Shown here one piece after another: positions 29,438 to 37,868 of a stretch of DNA of 64,000 bases. Each line of letters begins with the position of its first letter. Within the stretch, counting starts at the first letter, position 1. Source of the DNA: an uncultured Chlamydiales bacterium. GTDB lineage: Bacteria > Chlamydiota > Chlamydiia > Chlamydiales > JAAKFR01. The stretch covers positions 875,757 through 939,756 of the forward strand of contig OY969414.1 in assembly GCA_963699155.1 (NCBI GenBank), in the 5' to 3' direction. Under the pieces are notes generated by a model. It saw only the letters and a program-made list of their open reading frames with translations. It had not been told where the DNA came from and did not search any database. A program made the translations under genes and the position numbers.

Positions 29438-30571
29438 ATGTATTATTGTCGTTGTCTAATCCTTTTTTTCTTTGTCACCAGCTTACTCTTAGTTTCGAGC
29501 TGCTCACGTAGAGAATCGGTCGCCACGCGATGGCGAGAAGAGAATGGCAGGATTAAAGTTTTAACCACCCTAGCTATGATTCATGATCTGGTAGAGCAGA
29601 TCGGAGGCGAACGGGTCGACTCGATGCCATTAGTTCGAGGCGAACTTGATCCACACTCTTACGAATTGGTGAAGGGAGATGATGAGAAATTTGCTCGGGC
29701 CGATCTGATCTTTTATAATGGATTGGGATTAGAACATGGTTTGAGTCTCAGGCAAAATTTAGAAAATAATCCGAAGGCAATAGCCGTTGCTGAGCCTATG
29801 CTCAAAAGGGATCCTGAGCTGATTATCACAGTTGATGGTCAATATGATCCTCATGTCTGGATGGATATTGCGCTCTGGATGCGAGTGGTGGATCCGATTG
29901 TCCAGGCGCTCTCGGAAAAAGATCCCCCACATGCAGCCTATTTTAGCGAACGTGGCGAGGCGCTGAAAGCAAAAATGGGGGCAGCCGATCAAAAGCTCTA
30001 TACGCTGCTCCAAAATATCCCAGCCGAAAAAAGATATCTGGTGACCAGCCATGATGCCTTTCACTATTTTACCCGCCATTACCTCGCGCTTCCTGGTGAA
30101 ACCGGGTGGCAGAAGCGCTGTCGAGCTCCTGAGGGTTTAGCTCCCGAAGCACATATGAGTGTGAACGATGTCTTCGAGATTGTCTCCTATATCGAAGAAT
30201 ATGGCGTGAACGTCCTCTTTCCTGAATCCAATGTCAGTCGTGATTCCTTACGCAAAATTCTCGACGCGAGTCAACAGAGAGGCTTTCAGGTGCGCATCAG
30301 CCAAGAACCCCTCTATGGAGACTCTATGGGAAGCTCTCCTTCCTATATAGAAATGATTGTCCACAATGGCGAAGTGATTGCGCGTGAGTTAAACCACGAG
30401 AGCCCTTCCCACTGTGTCTTCTCGGATAATTTCGAAAAATTTAGGGCGAATTTCCCCCAAAATAAAAAAGCCATATATCACTCCGAATATTGCCATTTTT
30501 ATTTTGGGGAAAATTCTCGCCAAAATTTTCAAAATTCTCTCGAGAAATGCACAACGGGAAGGGCTCTATGA
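29438..30571 (+). CDS. ytgA: Metal (Fe/Mn/Zn) ABC transporter substrate-binding lipoprotein, TroA family; C-terminus extended by a palindromic insertion
   Basis: DPHSYE, NGLGLE, DPHVW, TSHDAFHYF, LYGDSMG. Confidence 0.93.
   Translation: MYYCRCLILFFFVTSLLLVSSCSRRESVATRWREENGRIKVLTTLAMIHDLVEQIGGERVDSMPLVRGELDPHSYELVKGDDEKFARADLIFYNGLGLEHGLSLRQNLENNPKAIAVAEPMLKRDPELIITVDGQYDPHVWMDIALWMRVVDPIVQALSEKDPPHAAYFSERGEALKAKMGAADQKLYTLLQNIPAEKRYLVTSHDAFHYFTRHYLALPGETGWQKRCRAPEGLAPEAHMSVNDVFEIVSYIEEYGVNVLFPESNVSRDSLRKILDASQQRGFQVRISQEPLYGDSMGSSPSYIEMIVHNGEVIARELNHESPSHCVFSDNFEKFRANFPQNKKAIYHSEYCHFYFGENSRQNFQNSLEKCTTGRAL
30399..30567. mobile_element. 169-bp palindromic MITE-like element inside the ytgA 3' end
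   Basis: TIR AGAGCCCTTCCC / GGGAAGGGCTCT, inner arms TTTCCCCCAAAATAAAAA / TTTTTATTTTGGGGAAA; AT-rich. Confidence 0.78.
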
Positions 30572-31338
30572 ATAAGCCCGCACTGCAAATCGATCAGCTC
30601 TCCGTCAATTACGAAAAGACTCCTGTCCTCTGGGATCTCTGCCTGGAGGTTCCCTCAGGAAAATTGGTCGCGATTGTGGGTCCCAATGGAGCGGGCAAAA
30701 GCACTTTGCTGAAAACAGCGCTAGGGTTGGTCAAGCCGATCGCTGGAGCAGTCACATTTTTTGGTGAGCCGCTGAAAAAGATGCGAAGAAGGCTGGCCTA
30801 TGTCCCTCAAAGGGAGTCGGTAGACTGGGATTTTCCCATCACAGTCTTCGATCTGGTGCTGATGGGAAGGTATGGAAAAAGAGGTCTGTTTCGTCGGCCC
30901 AATCGTCAAGATCGTGACGATGTGATGGTCTACCTCGCAAAGGTCGGCCTTGAGGAATTAGCTTTTCGCCAAATCAGCCAGCTTTCCGGTGGCCAGCAGC
31001 AGAGAGCTTTTTTAGCGCGTGCACTGATCCAGGAGGCTGATCTCTACTTTATGGATGAACCCTTCACAGGTATCGATGCTGCCTCCACGAAAACGATCAT
31101 TTCCATTCTAAAAGGGTTACGTGATCAAGGAAAAACGCTTTTTGTCGTCTACCATGATCTCGCACAGACGGCAGAGATTTTTGATTGGATGATCCTGCTC
31201 AATTTGCGGCTTGTGGGTTGTGGCCCTATCCAGGACATTATGACCCCTGAGATGATCCAAAAGGCTTATGGCATGGAATCCCTTCTTCTTGATGAAGCGG
31301 CCCGCTTATCGCAACAACGCATCCAAGGCTTTACCTGA
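30568..31338 (+). CDS. ytgB: Metal ABC transporter ATPase
   Basis: GPNGAGKST, YVPQRESVDWDFP, LSGGQQQR, MDEPF; start ATG 30568 overlaps the ytgA stop. Confidence 0.95.
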   Translation: MNKPALQIDQLSVNYEKTPVLWDLCLEVPSGKLVAIVGPNGAGKSTLLKTALGLVKPIAGAVTFFGEPLKKMRRRLAYVPQRESVDWDFPITVFDLVLMGRYGKRGLFRRPNRQDRDDVMVYLAKVGLEELAFRQISQLSGGQQQRAFLARALIQEADLYFMDEPFTGIDAASTKTIISILKGLRDQGKTLFVVYHDLAQTAEIFDWMILLNLRLVGCGPIQDIMTPEMIQKAYGMESLLLDEAARLSQQRIQGFT

Positions 31339-32684
31339 TGGTGATCGGGCGATTTTTCATAGACCCGGTCTTGCGTGGGCCCACGATTGGCTCGATGATC
31401 CTCTGTATGATAGCTGGGGTCGTCGGTGTGCTTGTTTTTTTACGCAAAAGATCCCTTGTCGGTGAAACTCTTTCTCATGCCACCTATCCAGGAGTCACCG
31501 CCACTTTGATCTGTGCAGGTTTTTTTTCCATTGAGAAGGCACTCCCATTTCTTGTTTTGATAGGGGCCTTCTTCTCTGCTTTAATCGGATTTTGGCTACT
31601 CAATCTGATGGAAAAGAAGGTCAAGACGGCTCCAGATGCAGCTCTCACTGCAGTATTGGCCCTCTTTTTTGGAGTAGGAGTCACTATTGCCAGCATCGCT
31701 CAAAATGGTTATACCCATCTATTTCGGCAAATGAACTCTTTCCTCTATGGGCAAGCGGCTACGATGACCGACATCCATATTGTCCTCTATGCCATCATTG
31801 CTTGTCTTATCCTTCTTTTTATTATCCTTTTTTATAAGGAGCTGCTGACAATTACTTTTGATGCCGGTTTTGCCCAATCATCAGGGATGCCTCTGCGCTT
31901 TTTAGAAGTAGCTAACTTTTGTCTGATCGTCCTCACCCTAGTTATCGGCATCCGCTGCGCGGGAGTCATCTTGATGTCAGCCATGTTGATCGCACCCGCC
32001 GCCGCCGCCCGCCAGTTTACCAACCGTTTGGGCCAGATGTTAGTGTGGGCAGCCTTTTTTGGTGCACTGAGTGGATTCTTAGGGATCTACAGCTCCTTGC
32101 TGCTCTCCCAAAGATTTGAAGGCCATTATGCAGTGCCTACAGGCCCAATGATCGTCTTAATCAGTGGCGGGATTGCTTTCTATGCGCTTCTTTTTGCTCC
32201 GAAGCGGGGACTTGTGATCCGCTATATCCGCATCGTCCGTTTTAGAGGAGTCTGCATCGAGGAGAATATTCTAAAAGCCCTCTGGAGGCTCTCTCAGGGT
32301 GGAAATCATTCAGTCACTGCCGAAGATGTGGCGCGCAAACTCGGCTTTCTGACTCCCTATATCCTATGGCGTTTTGGAAGACTGAAAAGGCAAAAGGCTT
32401 TGCAAAAGCAGGGAAAAAATTACTACCTCAGCAAGCTGGGGACTCTACGTGGAGCGCGCATTGTCCGTCTGCACCGTCTTTGGGAGGCCTACCTGTTCTA
32501 TTCCCTAGGTCTTAAAGTAGAGCGGGTACATAAAAGTGCCGAGGAGATGGAGCATATTTTGACACCCGAACTAGAAAAGAAGCTCACGCTGCTTTTGGAA
32601 GATCCTCAGCAAGATCCCCATCACCAACCCATCCCACCTCAAGAAAAGGGGGGAGCATTCCGCCCCCTGCAAAGGAGGGCTTGA
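31338..32684 (+). CDS. ytgC: Metal ABC permease fused to DtxR-family repressor (YtgC-YtgR)
   Basis: ABC-3 permease N-terminal part; C-terminal RLHRLWEAYL...AEEMEH...DPHHQPIP DtxR motifs. Confidence 0.93.
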   Translation: MVIGRFFIDPVLRGPTIGSMILCMIAGVVGVLVFLRKRSLVGETLSHATYPGVTATLICAGFFSIEKALPFLVLIGAFFSALIGFWLLNLMEKKVKTAPDAALTAVLALFFGVGVTIASIAQNGYTHLFRQMNSFLYGQAATMTDIHIVLYAIIACLILLFIILFYKELLTITFDAGFAQSSGMPLRFLEVANFCLIVLTLVIGIRCAGVILMSAMLIAPAAAARQFTNRLGQMLVWAAFFGALSGFLGIYSSLLLSQRFEGHYAVPTGPMIVLISGGIAFYALLFAPKRGLVIRYIRIVRFRGVCIEENILKALWRLSQGGNHSVTAEDVARKLGFLTPYILWRFGRLKRQKALQKQGKNYYLSKLGTLRGARIVRLHRLWEAYLFYSLGLKVERVHKSAEEMEHILTPELEKKLTLLLEDPQQDPHHQPIPPQEKGGAFRPLQRRA

Positions 32685-32687
32685 GAG

Positions 32688-33671
32688 ATGTACTTTAACC
32701 CCTATTCAGATACCCACTTTTTTAGCTTCTTTGCCGTCCTCTTTTCTCGACTCTGGGAACTTCTCATGGGGCGCCTCTCATTCAATGATCTCGCTGCCGA
32801 CGAAATTCAGATGGCTGTCCTGATCTGCGTGGCTGTGTCGAGTGCTCTGGTCGGCACCTTTTTAGTTCTCCGTCGGATGACCATGTTGGCCAATGCCCTC
32901 TCTCATACCATTTTACTCGGTATTGTCGTCGCCTATCTTCTCTTCAATCAATTGACGATCCCCGTTTTGATGGGCGCGGCTCTAGCCACCGGCCTCGCCA
33001 CCACCTTTTTAACCAGCTTTCTCCATCAGGTATTGAAACTGCAGGAAGATGCCAGCATAGGCCTCATTTTTTCGATTCTCTTTGCATTGGGCATCTGCCT
33101 CCTCACCTTTTTCAGCCGCAATGTCCACATTGGAACCGAACTGGTGATGGGGAATGTCGATGCTCTACAGAGGGGGGATCTCAAAATTGTCGGGGCTATA
33201 TTGGGGATGAATTTGGCCCTCTTCACCCTTCTCTACTATGGCTTTAAGATCACCACTTTCGATCCCAATCTGGCAAAAGCCTTTGGCTTTTCTCCTGTTT
33301 TCTTCAATTATTTATTAATGGTCCAAACCTCGGCGACTGCGACCGGTGCCTTTAAAGCCGTGGGTGTCTTGATGCTTCTGGCCTTTCTCGTGCTCCCCCC
33401 ACTGACCGCGCGCCTCCTCACATCCAAGCTCTCGCGACTCATTTTTTTAGCGGCAGCCATAGGAGCGCTTGCCTCCATTTGTGGCGTTGCCCTATCCCGC
33501 CACCTCCTTACATTTTATGGAGTTGGTCTCTCGACAGGGGGGATTGTAGTGGTTGTCTTAGGAATTTTTTACCTCGCAGCCATCTTGATTGACTTTTCGT
33601 CACGAGCCAGTTATGCTCCAAGGATCAAATTTTTCTCAAAAATCCATGAAAAAAATTGCAGTTCTCGGTAG
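32688..33671 (+). CDS. ytgD: Metal ABC transporter permease
   Basis: GTFLVLRRMTMLANALSHTILLG, EDASIG, FKAVG. Confidence 0.92.
   Translation: MYFNPYSDTHFFSFFAVLFSRLWELLMGRLSFNDLAADEIQMAVLICVAVSSALVGTFLVLRRMTMLANALSHTILLGIVVAYLLFNQLTIPVLMGAALATGLATTFLTSFLHQVLKLQEDASIGLIFSILFALGICLLTFFSRNVHIGTELVMGNVDALQRGDLKIVGAILGMNLALFTLLYYGFKITTFDPNLAKAFGFSPVFFNYLLMVQTSATATGAFKAVGVLMLLAFLVLPPLTARLLTSKLSRLIFLAAAIGALASICGVALSRHLLTFYGVGLSTGGIVVVVLGIFYLAAILIDFSSRASYAPRIKFFSKIHEKNCSSR
33589..33617 (+). promoter_or_regulatory. Putative internal promoter for dxr-rseP inside ytgD
   Basis: TTGACT-17 nt-TATGCT ending 28 nt before the dxr ATG. Confidence 0.6.
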
Positions 33672-34788
33672 CACCGGCTCGATCGGCAAAAGTACTCTCC
33701 GCGTGGCAGACCATTTGAAAGAGTCCTTTCAAGTCGTTGCTTTAGCTGCCTATTCCAATGTCGATCTTCTCGCCGAGCAAATCGCTCACTTTCGCCCAAT
33801 GATGGCCTGCATTTACAGGACCGAGCATGCCGCAAAATTGCGCGCCCAATTTCCTGGAGTCCACATTCTCTCAGGGGATGAAGGGCTTGCCGAAATCGTC
33901 GCGCACACTTCTGTTGACTATGTCGTGATGGCGATTGTCGGGATGCGAGCTTTGAAGCCGACGATCCAGGCGATCGAGTCGGGGAAAACCATCGGTTTGG
34001 CCAGTAAAGAGGTCCTTGTCTCCGCCGGTGAGTATATCAGCGCGTTAGCTCAACAAAAAAAGGTCAAACTTCTCCCGATCGATAGCGAACATAGCGCTAT
34101 TTTTCAATGTCTCGAGGGTAGAAATCTCAATGAGGTACGTCGTATCGTTCTCACGGCCTCAGGAGGCCCTTTCAGAAAGCATAGTGAAGAGCAGCTCGAT
34201 CGGGTCACTGTGGATGAGGCGTTGGCCCATCCCACGTGGAATATGGGCCCCAAAGTGACCATCGACTGTTCCACATTGATCAACAAAGGGCTCGAGATGA
34301 TCGAGGCACGCTGGCTTTTTAAGCTTCCACCTGAAAAAATTGAGGTGGTCATTCATCCACAAAGCCTTGTACATAGCTTCATCGAGTTCGTGGACGGCTC
34401 TCTTTTGGCCCAGATCAACGAACCCAATATGATTTTTCCGATTCAGTATGCGCTCACCTATCCAGAAAGGAAGCCAGGGCTCTTCCCACCCTTCGATTTT
34501 ATCAAAAATAGTCAGTGGACCTTTTTGCCACCTGACACTAAAAAGTTCCCTGGACTTCGTTTAGCGCAGGAATCACTCATGGTGGGAGGCAGTGCGCCTG
34601 CATATCTCAATGCTGCCAACGAAGTCCTTGTGGATCGTTTTTTAAAACGAGAGATTTCTTATCGCTCCATCTCTACCCTTTTAGAACAACTCCTGGAACG
34701 GCACACGATAGTTCCTGCCGTCTCCTTGGATGCCATTATGTCTATAGACCGAGAAGCCCGTGAGGAGGCAAAAGCAGTTCAATTATGA
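33646..34788 (+). CDS. dxr: 1-deoxy-D-xylulose-5-phosphate reductoisomerase
   Basis: LGSTGSIG, LPIDSEHSAIFQ, LTASGGPF, HPTWNMGPKVTID, NAANEV. Confidence 0.97.
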   Translation: MKKIAVLGSTGSIGKSTLRVADHLKESFQVVALAAYSNVDLLAEQIAHFRPMMACIYRTEHAAKLRAQFPGVHILSGDEGLAEIVAHTSVDYVVMAIVGMRALKPTIQAIESGKTIGLASKEVLVSAGEYISALAQQKKVKLLPIDSEHSAIFQCLEGRNLNEVRRIVLTASGGPFRKHSEEQLDRVTVDEALAHPTWNMGPKVTIDCSTLINKGLEMIEARWLFKLPPEKIEVVIHPQSLVHSFIEFVDGSLLAQINEPNMIFPIQYALTYPERKPGLFPPFDFIKNSQWTFLPPDTKKFPGLRLAQESLMVGGSAPAYLNAANEVLVDRFLKREISYRSISTLLEQLLERHTIVPAVSLDAIMSIDREAREEAKAVQL

Positions 34789-36728
34789 CGATTATCTACT
34801 TTTTCTTAGCCGCCCTTGCTCTGGGCATTTTAGTCTTTTTTCACGAGTTGGGACACCTCATCGTTGCGAAGCGTATGGGAATGATCGTGGAAACTTTCAG
34901 CATCGGTTTTGGCAGGCCTCTATTCAAATGGCGCTGGAATGATGTCAATTGGCAACTGGGCTGGCTCCCCTTTGGTGGCTATGTCAGAATTGCAGGCATG
35001 GAGTTTGGAAAAAAGGATAAATTCACCTACAACGACCCTTACGAAATCCCCAACGGTTTTTTCTCTAAATCTCCTTGGAAGCGGATCGCTGTAGCTGTTG
35101 CAGGACCCTGCGCCAATTTTGCCATCGCTCTAATCCTCTTCGTGGCGATTTGGTCTTTGGGTGGTCGTGAAAAGCCCTTTTCTGACTTTACCCATATTGT
35201 CGGATGGGTCGACCCCAAATCTGAGGCCTTTGTTGCGGGGATTCGGCCTGGAGATGTCTTAGCTTCCTATGATGGGAAGCCTTACATGGGATCCAAGGAC
35301 CTTTTGTATGCAGCGATGCTCGGCGGAAGTAAGGTCGAGTTGAAGGGCTACCATATCAATTACCAGACCGGTGAGCGTCTGCCATTTACCTATTCTGTAG
35401 GCACCTATCCTGCACCTGCATCGCTCGATGGAATCCTGACTACTGGTGTCACGGCAGGGTCACGCTATTTGATTTACGATAAATATCCCAATGGTGCTGA
35501 CAACCCACTTCCAGAAGGATCGCCGATGGTGGGCAGTGGAATTGCCTACATGGATCGACTCGTTTGGGCCGATGGAGAATATCTCTTTTCAATGGATCAG
35601 CTGAGCCATTTAATCAATGAGGGAAAAGCATTGATCACTGTCAAACGGGGTCAGCAGCTCTTTTTAAGTCGTCAGCCGCGCGTGCCTTCAAACGATCTGC
35701 TACTACCCAATTTTGTGCGCGATGAGGTCTGTGATTGGCAATACGAGATAGGGTTAAAAGGACGCCCACAAAATCTCTACATGATTCCCTACATCATCAG
35801 CAGCGAGGGAATCGTTGAAAAGCCCCTCTCTTTTATCGATCGAAGGGATCAGGAGAGAGCCTTTCCGAGAGCTCTTTCATCCCTTGAGCAGCCACTTTTA
35901 CCTGGTGACAGAATTGTCGCGGTGGATGGGAAGAGCGTAAATCAAGGGTGTCAGATTTTATTTGCGTTGCAAAAGCACCGGGTGCAGTTGATTGTCGAAA
36001 GAGGTGTCCCTGCCGGAGATAAAACCTCCTGGAAAGAGGAAGATCTGCTTTTCCAAAAGGAGATGAATTTTCCAGAGGTTTTCGCACTGAGTCAACGGAT
36101 CGGTCAAGCTAACCCAGGTGCCTCTTCAGGTCCTTTTCTACTGCTGCCACCGATTGAGCCTAAACCGGTCGACCATTTTGCCATTTCGGAAGAGGCCCAA
36201 TCACAGTTCAAACATGAATTAGAGAAGCAAAAAAAGGCCATTGAGCAGATCCACGACCAAGAGAAGCGGAGCCAAGCCCTTACCGTTTTAGAGAAAAGCC
36301 AGCACAAGCTTCTTCTCGGCATCTATCTTCAGGACCGTACTGTCAACTACAATCCAGGACCCTTCGTACTCTTTGGCCATGTATTTGTTGAGACATGGCA
36401 AACATTGAAGGCGCTTCTGACAGGCTATCTCAACCCGAAATGGATCAGTGGTCCTGTCGGGATTGTACAAGTGATCCACCACGGCTGGCAGGTCGGTCTC
36501 TCTGAGGCACTCTTTTGGATTGGGGCTATCAGTGTCAACTTAGGCTTTTTAAACCTGCTCCCCATACCCGTTCTCGATGGCGGTTACATCTGCCTCTCCC
36601 TCTACGAACTTGTCACGCGCCGCAAGCTTAAGGCCAAGACCATGGAGCGGCTCATCATCCCCTTCGTCGTCCTGATGATCGCCCTATTGCTCTTCCTCAC
36701 CTTCCAGGACATCACGAGGCTTTTCTAA
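34785..36728 (+). CDS. rseP: Site-2 intramembrane zinc metalloprotease with PDZ domains
   Basis: HELGH, FSIGFG, PFGGYV, NLLPIPVLDGG. Confidence 0.94.
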   Translation: MTIIYFFLAALALGILVFFHELGHLIVAKRMGMIVETFSIGFGRPLFKWRWNDVNWQLGWLPFGGYVRIAGMEFGKKDKFTYNDPYEIPNGFFSKSPWKRIAVAVAGPCANFAIALILFVAIWSLGGREKPFSDFTHIVGWVDPKSEAFVAGIRPGDVLASYDGKPYMGSKDLLYAAMLGGSKVELKGYHINYQTGERLPFTYSVGTYPAPASLDGILTTGVTAGSRYLIYDKYPNGADNPLPEGSPMVGSGIAYMDRLVWADGEYLFSMDQLSHLINEGKALITVKRGQQLFLSRQPRVPSNDLLLPNFVRDEVCDWQYEIGLKGRPQNLYMIPYIISSEGIVEKPLSFIDRRDQERAFPRALSSLEQPLLPGDRIVAVDGKSVNQGCQILFALQKHRVQLIVERGVPAGDKTSWKEEDLLFQKEMNFPEVFALSQRIGQANPGASSGPFLLLPPIEPKPVDHFAISEEAQSQFKHELEKQKKAIEQIHDQEKRSQALTVLEKSQHKLLLGIYLQDRTVNYNPGPFVLFGHVFVETWQTLKALLTGYLNPKWISGPVGIVQVIHHGWQVGLSEALFWIGAISVNLGFLNLLPIPVLDGGYICLSLYELVTRRKLKAKTMERLIIPFVVLMIALLLFLTFQDITRLF

Positions 36729-37056
36729 TAAAAGGGTAATTCAACGCAAAGACGACAAGCGCATAGATATTGAGGGGAGGGATTTTGTCAAATTCAACGC
36801 AAAGACGCAAAGTCGCAAAGAAAGTTGATCGCCCTCCTGCTCTTCCTCACCTTCCAGGACATCATGAGGCTTTTCTAATAAAAGGGTAATTCAACGCAAA
36901 GACGCTAAGACGCAAAGTCGCAAAGAAATAGGAGCGCTTCGCGTACCCTCCCTCTTTGTGTCTCTACCCCTCGCTGACTTCGTCAGTCTCGGACAACCCA
37001 TCAAAAAAGCGCCACTGGCGCTTTATTTGAGGTACCTTGTCGTCTTTGCGTTGAAT
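36676..37056. repeat. Composite repeat: rseP 3' end duplicated (36676-36754 / 36826-36904) plus (CGCAAAGA)n palindromic element with nested hairpin module
   Basis: Three AATTCAACGCAAAGACG left ends (36738, 36791, 36888) and one right end CGTCTTTGCGTTGAAT (to 37056); same family as 9436-9826. Confidence 0.9.
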
Positions 37057-37069
37057 CTTCAGAGAAACT

Positions 37070-37759
37070 TTAGGTGTTGTCGCCTTCGGGTTCTGGTCTA
37101 AGAAGAGTTATAGAGGGGCGATGGTCGAAGGGAGGGCGCACTTTGGTCTGGGCTTCTCTCTTGGCAGAGCAGGAAGCTGTGATGATGATGAGCATCAGCA
37201 TAGAGCCTCCTGAGACGACGATTGGGATGTAGAAGTTATGACCTAAAAGCTGGGAGATCTCCCTAACGGGGCCATTGAAAGGGCCTAGATAATTGCCGCA
37301 GCCAGCATGGCTAACCACTATTAGGCTGCTGAAGAGAATGGCTACAGCGAGAAGTGTGGCGATTGAGGAGACGAGTGCCACTTTTGTGTCGCCTACAGAA
37401 GTGCGATCTTTTTGCAGTCTGAGCTCTTCGTCACTGCTTTCTGGAGCATCATCGACTGGGGCAGCCTTCTCCGCTTTTTTTGCACTACAAGCTTTAGAGA
37501 TCACTGCTCCGGCTACTAGAGCTACTAAGAGTCCACCAGATACCGCTAAGGGGAGATAGAAATAGTTCCCACATAGCTGTGAGAAGGCATTGATAGGGCC
37601 CAGATTGAGGTAGTAGTGATTGACGACAAGCAGGGCACCAAAAATGACGCCTAAGGCTACGAGAGTTGTTGCCGCTGAAAAGGAAGCCACTTTCGCCCGA
37701 TGGGCGAAGTTGTCGCAACAACCTGGCTGAACCGAACTATCGACTGAAGATGATGACAT
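37070..37759 (-). CDS. Putative inclusion-membrane (Inc-like) protein with two bilobed hydrophobic domains
   Basis: Ser-rich N-terminus, no signal peptide, internally duplicated hairpin hydrophobic domain (KVAS..LGP.N..SQL.G..FY.P..VSGG twice). Confidence 0.65.
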   Translation of the reverse strand: MSSSSVDSSVQPGCCDNFAHRAKVASFSAATTLVALGVIFGALLVVNHYYLNLGPINAFSQLCGNYFYLPLAVSGGLLVALVAGAVISKACSAKKAEKAAPVDDAPESSDEELRLQKDRTSVGDTKVALVSSIATLLAVAILFSSLIVVSHAGCGNYLGPFNGPVREISQLLGHNFYIPIVVSGGSMLMLIIITASCSAKREAQTKVRPPFDHRPSITLLRPEPEGDNT

Positions 37760-37822
37760 AGAGGATCCTCTTAAATACTTTTAGTCGATTATACCACTGA
37801 TATATTAAATTTAAGTTAAGAT

Positions 37823-37862
37823 GAAAAAGGCCCTCAAAATTACAGAAATAATTTGAGGGCCA
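37823..37862 (-). terminator. Intrinsic terminator
   Basis: GGCCCTCAAA...TTTGAGGGCC stem with T tract on the minus strand. Confidence 0.65.
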
Positions 37863-37868
37863 TTCTCG

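Noticed and set aside
30490..30567. 26-aa N-terminal extension of YtgB in the ORF track
   Set aside because: Derived from the palindromic insertion; the ATG at 30568 overlapping the ytgA stop is the better start.
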